Position numbers and translations under genes: made by a program
DNA from: an uncultured Acidobacteriota bacterium
GTDB taxonomy: Bacteria > Acidobacteriota > UBA6911
Length of the DNA: 64,000 bases
Reading direction: 5' to 3'
Assembly (NCBI GenBank): GCA_963827655.1
Contig: CAWHCF010000049.1
Coordinates: 64,001 to 128,000 of the forward strand
The notes under the pieces: generated by a model
Told to the model about the DNA's origin: nothing
What the model saw: only the letters and a program-made list of their open reading frames with translations
Databases searched by the model: none
Shown here: piece by piece, positions 31,357 to 41,548 of the stretch
Numbering within the stretch: position 1 is the first letter of the stretch
Layout of the letters: each line of letters opens with the position of its first letter

Positions 31357-31890
31357 CTACTGTGCGGCTCGCACGTAGAAGACGTTGCCGACGACCTGAA
31401 CGATCGTCACGGCTGTATTTCTGGGAACCGCTTTCCCATCGATTGAGCGTGCAGCCGAGTTGACCCGGGTTCCCTTGGCGATAAGCGCGATCTCCCCGGT
31501 TCCGTTTTCAGGGATGGGCGTCACAACCTGAACCACTCGCCCCACCATGTCCTGAAAGGTAAACTCACTGCCGGCCTGCGTGCTTCGGAAGAGCAAGGTC
31601 AACATAACGAAGGTGCCGCCGCTGAGAAGAGCGCCGGTCAGCAGCGCCACGGCGATTCCTTTCGCCAGGGAAAGCTGGAAGTAGGAATTGGCCAGGAGTC
31701 CCCCTCCGCCAAATCCGGTGAGGAAGGTGGAGATGATCGTTGGGCTCAGAGGGCTCATCGGTAGATCCGTCCCGGCCTCCATGGAAGCATCTCCGGCGTC
31801 ACCTCCAAAGAGATCTCCCGAGAGACCGACGAATATGGCGTAGCCGAGCCCGATCGCGAAACTCAAGAAGTAGATTACACCGACCGACAT
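31357..31890 (-). CDS. NfeD/YuaF-like flotillin partner
   Basis: Three TM segments plus a C-terminal OB fold; directly upstream of flotillin. Confidence 0.85.
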   Translation of the reverse strand: MSVGVIYFLSFAIGLGYAIFVGLSGDLFGGDAGDASMEAGTDLPMSPLSPTIISTFLTGFGGGGLLANSYFQLSLAKGIAVALLTGALLSGGTFVMLTLLFRSTQAGSEFTFQDMVGRVVQVVTPIPENGTGEIALIAKGTRVNSAARSIDGKAVPRNTAVTIVQVVGNVFYVRAAQ

Positions 31891-32127
31891 ACGGGATTTC
31901 CCAGGCGCATCTCCAGTAATTCAGTGGTCGGATCCGGGTTCCCTCATCTCGTCCCCAACGGATCACTGTGTCTGGATGCGTCGTATTTTAGTAGTCGGAG
32001 AGTGATTCTATTCGAATCTGTTTGACTTCAGGAAAGGAATTCAGCGTTTTGTGGCGGATCGTTTCCATCCCTGCCGTGGAATTCTCATTCCACGAGAGCA
32101 AGACAGATAATGCTCTTGGCGGCTGAT

Positions 32128-32156
32128 TTGACTCGCTTCGCGGTTTGGGCTAGTGT
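32128..32156 (+). promoter_or_regulatory. Putative sigma70 promoter giving a leaderless mRNA
   Basis: TTGACT-N17-TAGTGT, 7 nt before ATG 32164; no SD. Confidence 0.5.
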
Positions 32157-32163
32157 TTACGTC

Positions 32164-33645
32164 ATGGATCAACCCTCGCCCAAAACTCTTGGAGAGCTCC
32201 GGAATAGCCCTTACCACGCCATTCATTCCGGCGCCCGCAGCGTCAAGGATGAAATGCGAAGAAACCTGCAGGAGGCGCTGCGAAAAAAGGAAGCCCTTTT
32301 TCCCGGTATCGTAGGGTATGACGAGACGGTTCTTCCGCAGTTAATCAACGGTATTCTCAGCAAACACAACATGATTCTGCTCGGGCTTCGGGGTCAGGCG
32401 AAGAGCCGCATTCTTCGCTCCCTGGTGAGATTCCTGGACCAGTGGATTCCTGCGGTTGCCGGCTGCGAGATCCACGATACTCCGTATGCGCCTATCTGCC
32501 GTGAGTGCCGAATGCGTTTGAATCTCGCGGGTGACGAGCTGCCCATCCGTTTCCTGCACCGGGACGAACGGTACGTGGAGAAGCTGGCCACTCCTGACGT
32601 GACCATTGCCGACATTATTGGAGACGTCGACCCGATCCGGGCGGCCAAGGCGGGCCTTGACCTCTCCGATGAGCTGACCATTCACTACGGCTTGCTCCCG
32701 AGGGCAAATCGAGGGATCTTCGCCATCAATGAGCTTCCCGATATGGCGGGCAAGATCCAGGTGGGACTGTTCAATATCCTGCAGGAAGGGGACGTTCAGA
32801 TCAAAGGGTACCCGGTCAGACTGCCGCTGGACATCATGATGGTTTTTTCGGCGAACCCTGAGGATTACACCGCGCGAGGAAAGATTATCACGCCGCTCAA
32901 GGACCGGATCGGCTCCGAGATTCGCACGCACTATCCCGCCACGCTCGAGGATGGCATGGCTATTACCCGGCAGGAGGCCTGGCTGGGCCGCGGTAGCGAT
33001 GTGCCGACTAACATTCCCGTCTTTGTGGCCGAGGTCGTTGAAGCGGTCGCATTTGCGGCGCGCAAGGATGCGCGCGTCGACAAGCGCAGCGGGGTCAGCC
33101 AGCGCCTGGCGATCACTTGTCTCGAAAATACCATGTCCAACGCCGAACGACGCGCGTTGCTGCAGCGGGAGAAGACGATTGTTCCGAGAATCGGCGACAT
33201 CTACGCCGCCATCCCGTCCCTCACCGGCAAATTCGAGCTGGAGTACGAAGGCGAGCTGCGGGGGGCGGACAACGTCGCGCGCGACCTCATCCGCGTGGCT
33301 GTGGGAGAAGTCTTTCAAAGATACTGTGAGGGCGAAGATTGCCGGCGCATAGTGGACTGGTTCGACCTTGGGGGAAACCTGCGTATTCCGACCGAAGCCT
33401 CGACCAGCGACTGTATGGAACAATTTCGCGGAATCCAGGGGCTGCTGGAGAAAGCCGATGCGGTCCTGAGGGCGGGGAAGCACTCTCCCGAGCAGCGCGT
33501 TGCCGCGGCCGAGTTCGTCCTGGAAGGCTTGTATGCGCAGAAGAAGATCAACCGGAATGAAGAGCGCGTCTTTCAGGCGATAGAAAAGAAACAGCGGGAG
33601 ACTTATTTCGACGATCTCGGTGAAAGCCGGAAAAAATGGAACTGA
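32164..33645 (+). CDS. AAA+ ATPase, magnesium-chelatase-like (Rv0958-type)
   Basis: Walker A GLRGQAKS, EKLATPD, Walker B FAINELPD and NPEDYT.RG.IITPLKDR. Confidence 0.85.
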   Translation: MDQPSPKTLGELRNSPYHAIHSGARSVKDEMRRNLQEALRKKEALFPGIVGYDETVLPQLINGILSKHNMILLGLRGQAKSRILRSLVRFLDQWIPAVAGCEIHDTPYAPICRECRMRLNLAGDELPIRFLHRDERYVEKLATPDVTIADIIGDVDPIRAAKAGLDLSDELTIHYGLLPRANRGIFAINELPDMAGKIQVGLFNILQEGDVQIKGYPVRLPLDIMMVFSANPEDYTARGKIITPLKDRIGSEIRTHYPATLEDGMAITRQEAWLGRGSDVPTNIPVFVAEVVEAVAFAARKDARVDKRSGVSQRLAITCLENTMSNAERRALLQREKTIVPRIGDIYAAIPSLTGKFELEYEGELRGADNVARDLIRVAVGEVFQRYCEGEDCRRIVDWFDLGGNLRIPTEASTSDCMEQFRGIQGLLEKADAVLRAGKHSPEQRVAAAEFVLEGLYAQKKINRNEERVFQAIEKKQRETYFDDLGESRKKWN

Positions 33646-33715
33646 TTCAGACGATCGCCAGCGAGACGAAATACACGCCAGGACGCAAAGACACGAAGAA
33701 ACGCTAAGAAGCAAA

Positions 33716-34960
33716 ATGAAATCGATCAACTATTCCAAGTACACCGGCGAAGACTGGGACTCTCTCAGCATCGAGGAATTGTTGAACAAGCTGTCCGATT
33801 TTCTCCTTCAGTCCGGTTTCAATAACCCGTACTTCGATGACTTCCGGAATTCAGATCGAGACTTGCAGGCGTTGCACGACGCCATTCTCAATGCTCTCCT
33901 GCGAAATGGCATGCTCCCGGATGAGATGCTGTCTGAGATGAAGAATATGGACAATGGCGAGGAATTCGAGAATTCCGACATTTCGCGCCTGATCCAGTAC
34001 CTGATAAACCGGCTCACCCAGGAGGGATACATCCGGGTACAGAGGCAAAAGAAACCTACGACCGGGAAAGGCGGACGTGGCTCCGATCAGGGGCGAGTGC
34101 GTTTCGAGCTCACCGATAAGGCGCTCGATTTCCTGGGCTACAAAACGCTCAAGAATCTGCTGGGATCTCTGGGAAAATCCAACTTCGGGCGGCACGACAC
34201 ACGCGACATGGCCACCGGGGTTGAAACCAGCGGCATGACAAAGCTCTACGAATTCGGCGACACCCTGAATCTGGACGCCAGCGGGACTATTCTCAATTCA
34301 ATCCAGCGCGAGGGGCTGCAAATGCCGATCAATCTGGAGTACTCCGACCTCCAGGTTCACCAGTGCGAGTACCAGTCTTCCTGCGCGACGGTCCTGATGC
34401 TCGACTGCAGCCACAGCATGATTCTGTACGGCGAGGACCGCTTTACCCCGGCAAAAAAAGTGGCCCTCGCGCTGGCGCACCTGATTCGGACTCAGTATCC
34501 GGGGGATACGCTCCACGTGGTTCTGTTTCACGATTCGGCCGAAGAGATTCCGTTGAGCCGCCTGGCCCGTGTTCAAGTGGGGCCGTTTTACACCAACACC
34601 CGGGAGGGGCTGCGCCTGGCGCAGCGCATCCTTGCCCGGGAGAACAAAGATATGCGGCAGATTGTCATGATCACGGATGGCAAGCCTTCGGCGGTGACCG
34701 AGGAGGACGGGTCCATCTACCGGAACGCCTTTGGTCTGGATCCCTACGTGGTGGGGTTGACCTTCAAGGAAGTAAGCCAGTGCCGGCGCTCCAACATCCT
34801 CATCAATACTTTCATGCTCGCCCGCGACTACGACCTGGTCGCTTTTGTGCGCAAGGTCACGGAGATCTGCCGCGGAAAAGCCTACTTCACAACGCCCCGG
34901 TCGCTCGGCCAGTACATCCTCATGGACTACATGCGCAACAAAGTTCAAAAGGTCCACTGA
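33716..34960 (+). CDS. VWA-domain protein, partner of the AAA+ ATPase
   Basis: MIDAS DCSHS, YTNT and ITDGKPSA motifs. Confidence 0.88.
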   Translation: MKSINYSKYTGEDWDSLSIEELLNKLSDFLLQSGFNNPYFDDFRNSDRDLQALHDAILNALLRNGMLPDEMLSEMKNMDNGEEFENSDISRLIQYLINRLTQEGYIRVQRQKKPTTGKGGRGSDQGRVRFELTDKALDFLGYKTLKNLLGSLGKSNFGRHDTRDMATGVETSGMTKLYEFGDTLNLDASGTILNSIQREGLQMPINLEYSDLQVHQCEYQSSCATVLMLDCSHSMILYGEDRFTPAKKVALALAHLIRTQYPGDTLHVVLFHDSAEEIPLSRLARVQVGPFYTNTREGLRLAQRILARENKDMRQIVMITDGKPSAVTEEDGSIYRNAFGLDPYVVGLTFKEVSQCRRSNILINTFMLARDYDLVAFVRKVTEICRGKAYFTTPRSLGQYILMDYMRNKVQKVH

Positions 34961-35058
34961 GGATCAAAGATGCCACTGAGACGTCTAAGACATCGAAGAA
35001 CACTAAGAATTTTGACCGTACCACGCCAAGAAAGGAACCGACGAGTGACACGACGAGG

Positions 35059-35913
35059 TCAGGCGCCGGCTCCGGGCCCCAACTGTTCGAGCGCTCCATC
35101 CAGATCGAGGTTTTCGTGAATGAGGCCCCGCAGCACACGCATCATCCGGCGCGGATCGGGGGATTGGAAGACATTGCGCCCGATAAACATCCCTCTCGCG
35201 CCGGCCGATAACGCTCCCTTTACCATTTCCAGCGTCTGCCGCAGCGTCGTGGTCTTGGGGCCGCCGGCGATCAGGACTGGACGGAAAGACGCCTGGACGA
35301 CCTGGCTGAATGACTCCGCATCTCCACTGTAGTCGGTTTTGAGCACGTCGGCTCCAATTTCACATGCCATGCGCGCGCCCAGCGCAATGAAGTCCGCCCG
35401 GTACGGATTGTCTCCGACGCGCGCTCCCCGAGCCATCGGTTCGATAATGCAACCGATTCCCATCGCCTCGCAGGCTCGGGCGACACGAGCTACGTCTTCA
35501 ACCTGGCGGGCCTCGGCATCAGGATCATCGTAACCGATGAACATATAGACCAGCACGGCATCCGCGCCTAACCGGGCCGCATCTTCGACCGAAGCAATCA
35601 GCCGCCCGCGTCCCTCGTCGCTTCCCAGCGCGTCGGGAGCCCGCCAGCGGTTGGTCCAGTCCAGTCTCAGAATCAAGCCGGGTGCGCCTCGTCCTGCGAA
35701 TACGCTCGAGCACTCTCGAGCGATTCCGGGCCCTACCAGAAAGGCGTCGGCTCCCGCTTGGGCGAGATCGGCCAGAACACTCAAGGGTTTCAGAGTCCCT
35801 GGAATGACGCCGAGGTGCAGCCCGTGATCAAAGGCAACCACGGCCGCTCGCCCTCTTTCGGGGTCAAGAATTCGCGCAAGGCGTATCGTCTTACCTGTAT
35901 CAGGAAGGTTCAT
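35059..35913 (-). CDS. Class I aldolase (DhnA/FbaB/LsrF family)
   Basis: AFDHG, GADVLKT, IAGGPK and GRNVFQ motifs. Confidence 0.88.
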   Translation of the reverse strand: MNLPDTGKTIRLARILDPERGRAAVVAFDHGLHLGVIPGTLKPLSVLADLAQAGADAFLVGPGIARECSSVFAGRGAPGLILRLDWTNRWRAPDALGSDEGRGRLIASVEDAARLGADAVLVYMFIGYDDPDAEARQVEDVARVARACEAMGIGCIIEPMARGARVGDNPYRADFIALGARMACEIGADVLKTDYSGDAESFSQVVQASFRPVLIAGGPKTTTLRQTLEMVKGALSAGARGMFIGRNVFQSPDPRRMMRVLRGLIHENLDLDGALEQLGPGAGA

Positions 35914-35926
35914 GGAATTCTCTCAA

Positions 35927-38110
35927 TCAGAAGTGGCGAAAGTCCAGGATAGGAGCGTCGTTCTCGATCCAGGCCTTGATGATGCGGTCGCCGGCGGTCA
36001 TGCGTTCGACCACCGGCATTCCGCTGATCACCCGCCCGAAGCAGGTATAGCCGCCCTCCAGGTGAGGCTGAGGCGATAACGTGATGAAGAACTGGCTCCC
36101 GCCCGTGTCTTTTCCGGATAGGGCCATACCCACGCTGCCTCGCTCGTACGGAAGCATATTAATCTCGCAGCGGATGGTGTAGCCCGGGCCGCCTTCCATA
36201 TCGTTTCGCGGATCTCCTCCCTGAATGACGAAGTAAGGAACCACGCGCATAAAGCTCAGGCCGTGGTAAAAACTTCTTCTTGCCAGCGAGGCGAAGTTGT
36301 CAACCGTGATCGGCGCCTCGTGCGGATACAATTCTATCTCGATGCGGCCTCGGGTAGTTTCGAGCACCGCGACCATGCTATCCCGTCGCGAGGCGGCGAC
36401 GATCTCGTAAGAAGCAGTTGTCTTCAGTGTCTCGGACGGTCCGGGATCCTGAGGGATGTCGGTAGCGCCTGACCGGGAGAGCAAGCGGGCAGCCGCCAGC
36501 CGGACGTTTCGCTGTCGGTCCTTCAAGGCCAGGCGGCACGCAGCCTCGACTTCCGGCTCGCGCATCCAGGGTTCCAGCGCATTGAGGACTGCGATCTTCG
36601 CCTCCAGATCGGTCCCTGGCGCCATCAAACCATAGGCCTGGATCAAGGGTTCCCAATTACGACCCGTTCCTGGCCTGGGTTTGTAGGCAGCCACTGCCGC
36701 TCGAAGCACGACGCCATCGCGCGACGAGAGATAGGCGGGCAGGATTTCTGACAGGTCGGGGGCTTCCGCCCTGGCCAGTGCTTCAAGGACTGATGGAACC
36801 GCCAGCGCGTAAGAGGACGCGGCCTCCTGGTCCGCCGCGCCGATCAGGATTTGCTTCAGGTGCTCGATCGCCCGCGGACCTTTGAGTTCCCCAAGGGCCT
36901 GCGCCCACGACCGAATCTCGGCCGGAGTCGAGAACCTGCCTGGCTGTGCGAATTCGTAGAACCGATCACGATCGGATGATTCTCTGAGCAGTCTGGCCAG
37001 TGCGACTACAGCGCTGTTAGCCACCGGTCCTCTGACCTTCAACAAGGAGACGAGGGCGGGTTCGGCTGCCGGAGACCCTATCGATCCCAGCGCCGCGGCG
37101 GCCTGAACCGCGAAATTTACTTGATCAGGGTTAGCTTCAGTAATGGGAGCGGCCAGAAGCGCCGCCTCGATCGGACGAACCGACTCCGGGTTCTTGAGAT
37201 TGCCTAACGCCTGCACGGCGCAGACCCGGACCGAGAGCGGGAGGCGATTCCTTGTCACGGTTCAAACGGCGGGAGCAAGGGGTGAAGCCGGCGGGCAAGA
37301 TCGGGGTCCTCACAGATCCCGAGACCGCGGGCCGCATGAGCTCTTACATCAGGACTTGGACTTTCGAGCAGCCGCAAGAACGTCGCGCGCGCGCCCCGGG
37401 CGCGCATCCGAAACAGGGCGTTGGCTGCGCGCCACTGGATTTCCGGGTCGGTCTCGGTCGCGAATCTCTCGAGCAGAGGAACGGCGACCGGGTTCTGCAG
37501 CCGGCATTAACGCGGTGATAGCCAGCGCCAGGTAAGCTTGCTCATGGGGTGAGCCATCATAGAAGAATTTCTGCATCCGCCCGGCAATCTCTCCCGCATA
37601 CGCAGCGGGCGCTGCTTTCCCTATCGCCTCGACGGCCCGCATGCGCACTTGAACCGCCGGATCTTCCAGCAAGCCGGCAAGCTGCGGCACGGCGCGGCCG
37701 TCCGGCTGGCGAAATTGCTCCTTCAGCATCTCGCGATCTTCGATCTCACCCACCGCGAAGGCGGCAGCCGCTCTGACATCTTTGTAATTGGACCGGAAAG
37801 CAGCGTAGAGCCAGGGCAGGGCTCTCGGGTCTCCTATCCTTCCCAGCGCGATCGCGCACCATTGGCGAACTTCCGGATAGGGCGATCCTTCCAGATGGTT
37901 TTTCAGGAAGTCATCGGGTCCGAAGGAGCGTTGATCCTCGCGTTTCAGGATCTCGGCAAAAATCCGGTTGCGTTCGCGCTCCTGGAAACTGGGCTCCTGC
38001 CGCGCGCAGGATGCGAGAAAGCAGTAGGCAGTAAGAAGCAAGCCGTAAGCGGTCAGCCGGGCCGGGCAGGCAATCGAACAGTGCCGAAAGGATCGAGCCG
38101 TGGGTCCCAT
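35927..38110 (-). CDS. Lipoprotein with HEAT repeats and C-terminal cyclophilin PPIase; frameshifted at about 37250-37510
   Basis: Lipobox FLASC; HEAT repeats in both ORF pieces; RVVPYFVIQGGDP and DTGGSQFFI motifs. Confidence 0.85.
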
Positions 38111-38136
38111 ATCTGCTTACTGCCTGCCGCCTACTG
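38021..38136. repeat. Inverted GCAGTAR / YTACTGC heptamer arrays overlapping the signal-peptide coding region
   Basis: GCAGTAG-GCAGTAA..GCCGTAA at 38021-38048 and CTGCTTACTGCCTGCCGCCTACTG at 38113-38136. Confidence 0.7.
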
Positions 38137-38658
38137 GTATTTCAGTCCCGTGATTTCGACGACCAGCTCCTTGGGATTCCACAGCTGCTCTATCGGTTCG
38201 ATCCAGACGGTGAAGTCACGCTTTTCAAGGGGTTCCATGGGACGATTCAGCCCTACTCCAGGGCGCAATGGTGTTCTGGTCCGCTCGGCGGACAATTTCT
38301 GGTAAACATCAAAGAGCGCCAGGTGCATTTCGAGCGCCTCGAGTTTCCGGTCTCCTTCGTTGTTGATGATGCCTGAGATTATGGCAATCCGGCTCTTGGC
38401 GAAGTTGATCCCCAGCGTCGCCTTGACGTCGGAAAGGCGGATGTATTTCTTATAGTACTCGAACCCGGGGTCGCCGGCGCGCAGCATTCCAGGGACGGGC
38501 CCGAGCTGGCCTTCGATCGCTTTGGATCTCTTCTGGTGCTGAATGTAGAGGAAGAGCCCGCCGATTCCCAGGGCCAAGATGGCGATGGTATACAAGGGAA
38601 CGTAGGAGCGCGACGGCCTCGATTCGGAGCTGAACTCGATCATGGGATCAATTGCCAC
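38131..38658 (-). CDS. Membrane-anchored Ig-like hypothetical protein (DUF2393/FxLYD-like)
   Basis: Single TM; ISGIINNEGDR; W.P..L.VEITGL tail. Confidence 0.65.
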   Translation of the reverse strand: MAIDPMIEFSSESRPSRSYVPLYTIAILALGIGGLFLYIQHQKRSKAIEGQLGPVPGMLRAGDPGFEYYKKYIRLSDVKATLGINFAKSRIAIISGIINNEGDRKLEALEMHLALFDVYQKLSAERTRTPLRPGVGLNRPMEPLEKRDFTVWIEPIEQLWNPKELVVEITGLKYQ

Positions 38659-39991
38659 TGACGACCATTTTCCTTATCTTGAGCGAGGGGGCGAAGGTTT
38701 CAGACAGAATCTGAAGATCGTTCCCTACGGCCTCGATGCCTAACAACATATCCTTAAGATTCCCCGCAATGGTAATTTCTTCCACGGGGTACGCAAGTCT
38801 GCCGTTTTCAATCCAGATGCCTGCGGCGCCCTGGCTGTAATTGCCGCTCACGATGTTTACACCGAATCCGATCAGTTCGGTGACGAGGAGACCGCTCTTC
38901 ATCGAGGCGATCATGTCCTCGGGCGAAACTTTTCCTGGCTTGAGGTAGAAGTTCGAAGGCCCGGCTGCCGGCGCGCCGGAGACCTGGCGCGTCGAATTTC
39001 CGGTCGACTGCCGTCCCAGCCTGCGCGCCGCGTATGAATCGAGAAGGTAGTTTCTCAAAATACCTTCTTCGATAACGGGCGTGGCGCGCGAGGGAATTCC
39101 TTCCGAATCGAAGGGGCGGGACCCCAGCCCGCCGGGTAGCAGAGCGTCATCGATGATTGTCACTTCGGGCGACGCGACTCGGGCTTCCAGCCTGTCCAGC
39201 AGAAAGGAAGCTTTGCGGAGAAGGGCGGTTCCACTCACGGCGTCGGCGACATGGGAGAGCAGGCTTGCCGCGGCACGGGGGTCGAAGAGTACAGGCGCCT
39301 CGCAGGTAGGAACCTTGCGGGCACCAAGCCGCCGTAAGGTCCGCCGCGCGGCTTCCTCCCCGACGTCTTCGGGAGACTGCAGCTTCGATGCATCGAGACC
39401 CGTGGAAAGCCAATAGTCGCGCTGCTTGTTGCCATCAAGTTCTGCCAGCGGACAGGCGAGCAGCGTTGCCAGGCTTCTGGAGTAGGAATCGCAAATACCA
39501 ATCGAGTTCGCATACGTGATCTTTGTGACGGAATCCGAGAAACTGGCTCCTTCGGAATTGTTGATTCTGGGATCGAAACGCAGAGATGCGTCTTCGCAGC
39601 GCCTGGCGCGCGAGATTTTTTCATCCGGCGGGAGTTGTTGCGCTTCGGGAAAGCAGAGCGCGAGACGCGAGCTGCCATTTCGATGGTACAGCTCCTTTGA
39701 AGGAAGGCCTGCGTCCGCATCCTGGCCTGCGGCACGGGCCATGGAAAGCGCGTCCTGTATCAGGCTGCGAAGAGCCGAAGAAGAGAAGTCCGAGGTTGCC
39801 GAGACTGCGGTCTGGTTGCCGTGGAATACGCGAACTCCCAGCTGGCGAAAGTTGGCCTCGAAAAGCTTCTCAACCGAACCCATCCTTACCGACGTTGAGA
39901 ACTCGGCCCCTTCACGGACCATGACTTCGGCAGCGGTGGCTCCGGCGCGCATGGCGAGGTTGATGGTTTCTCGTGCAAGTTGCTGTCGCAT
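38648..39991 (-). CDS. pmbA: PmbA/TldE protein
   Basis: SRPFDSEG, GVNIVSGNYSQGA.G and EITIAGNL motifs. Confidence 0.9.
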   Translation of the reverse strand: MRQQLARETINLAMRAGATAAEVMVREGAEFSTSVRMGSVEKLFEANFRQLGVRVFHGNQTAVSATSDFSSSALRSLIQDALSMARAAGQDADAGLPSKELYHRNGSSRLALCFPEAQQLPPDEKISRARRCEDASLRFDPRINNSEGASFSDSVTKITYANSIGICDSYSRSLATLLACPLAELDGNKQRDYWLSTGLDASKLQSPEDVGEEAARRTLRRLGARKVPTCEAPVLFDPRAAASLLSHVADAVSGTALLRKASFLLDRLEARVASPEVTIIDDALLPGGLGSRPFDSEGIPSRATPVIEEGILRNYLLDSYAARRLGRQSTGNSTRQVSGAPAAGPSNFYLKPGKVSPEDMIASMKSGLLVTELIGFGVNIVSGNYSQGAAGIWIENGRLAYPVEEITIAGNLKDMLLGIEAVGNDLQILSETFAPSLKIRKMVVSGN

Positions 39992-39998
39992 AGAAATC

Positions 39999-40055
39999 AG
40001 TGCTGAGTAAAAAGTGCTGAGTCGGGCACTTCCACTCAGCACTCAGCGCACTTTC
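39999..40055. repeat. Inverted AGTGCTGAGT / ACTCAGCACT arrays
   Basis: Fills the tldD-pmbA gap. Confidence 0.85.
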
Positions 40056-41486
40056 TACTGTTTCTTGGTTCCTCCCACGGTCATCTCATCCACCTTGACC
40101 GTGGGCAGGCCGACACCGACGGGAATACTCTGCCCATCCTTCATACAGGTGCCGATGCCCTGGTCGAGCGAGAGATCATTTCCCACCATTGAAACCCTGG
40201 TAAGTACGTCAGGACCGTTGCCGATCAGTGTGGCTCCCTTGACCGGCGCCGTGACCTTCCCATCTTCGATCAGGTAAGCCTCGGACGCCGAAAAGACGAA
40301 CCTGCCGTTGGTAATATCAACCTGGCCGCCCGCGAAATTGACTGCATATAGACCTTTTTTTACCGACCGGATGATTTCCTGGCCGGTGCTGGATCCGGGG
40401 AGCATGAAGGTGTTGGTCATCCGCGGCATCGGCATGGAAGCATAACTCTCGCGTCGGCCGTTTCCCGTGATGGTAGACCTGGTAACACGAGCGCTCAACG
40501 CATCCTGCATGTATCCTCGAAGAATACCGTTCTCGATCAGGACCGTCCGTCCGGTCAGATGTCCTTCATCATCGACATTAAGAGAGCCCCTTCGGCCCTG
40601 GATTGTTCCATCATCCACGACGGTGCACAGCTCGGACGCGACCTTCTGGCCGATCCGTCCCGCGAATGCCGAGAGTCCTTTCCGGTTAAAGTCTGCTTCC
40701 AGACCATGTCCCACCGCTTCATGAAGAAGAATGCCCGGCCACCCCGGGCCCAGAACAACCGGCATTGGACCGGCGGGCGCCTCGCCTGGCCCCGAGCAGA
40801 ACGATGGCCTGGCGAGCCGCCTCGCGCGCAAAGAACGACGGGGAGCGCGACTCAAAGAATTCCAACCCGGCGCGACCTCCACCACCTGTTGTTCCGATCT
40901 GACGCTCGCCCTTTTCATGCGCGATGCAGGAAATTTGCAAGACCGTCAAGGGCCTGACATCACAGACCACGTCACCGGTCGAGCCATAGATCATGACCTG
41001 TTTCTTTTCATTGGCAAGAACGATCCGCACTTCGACGATCCTGGGGTCGTAGCTTCGGGCGGTCGTGTTCGCGTCTTGCAGCAGATCGAGCTTCCTGGTC
41101 AGCTCAATGTCCACCAACGGCTGGGCCACGCGATAGAGATCGTGTGTCGCTGCGGCCGATACCGGGGCAGGCGGGTCCGAGCCCGCGCGCGAACCGAGCG
41201 CAATGGCCGCCGCCGTGCGAGCCGCCCTCATCATGTCGTCCATCTCGAAGCCGTCAGAATAGGCGTACCCGGTCTTATCTCCTGCTATGACGCGGATTCC
41301 GACCCCCTGAGAAATGCTCTTGGAGGCATTCTTGAGAATGTTCTCCTCAAAAGTCAGGACATCGTTAGTGCGGGATTCGAAGTACAGATCCGCATAGTCG
41401 CCCCCGGTCGCGAGGCCGGTTGACAGCAGGGTTTCGAGATTCCTCTGGGTAATACCGAAGTTATCCGTGAAGAAGGATTGACTCAT
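40055..41486 (-). CDS. tldD: TldD metalloprotease; frameshifted near 40790
   Basis: [31 protein letters not shown] and C.KDGQ motifs. Confidence 0.9.
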
Positions 41487-41548
41487 CGAATCTTTGTTCT
41501 TGCTTGCGTCTGCGAGTTGCCGTGGTAATTCTGCTTCTTACGATTGGC

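Noticed and set aside
32341-33729. Long antisense ORFs (for example 462 aa here, 405 aa at 17793-19010, 309 aa at 1603-2532)
   Set aside because: These are shadows of well-supported genes in GC-rich DNA and show no recognisable motifs.
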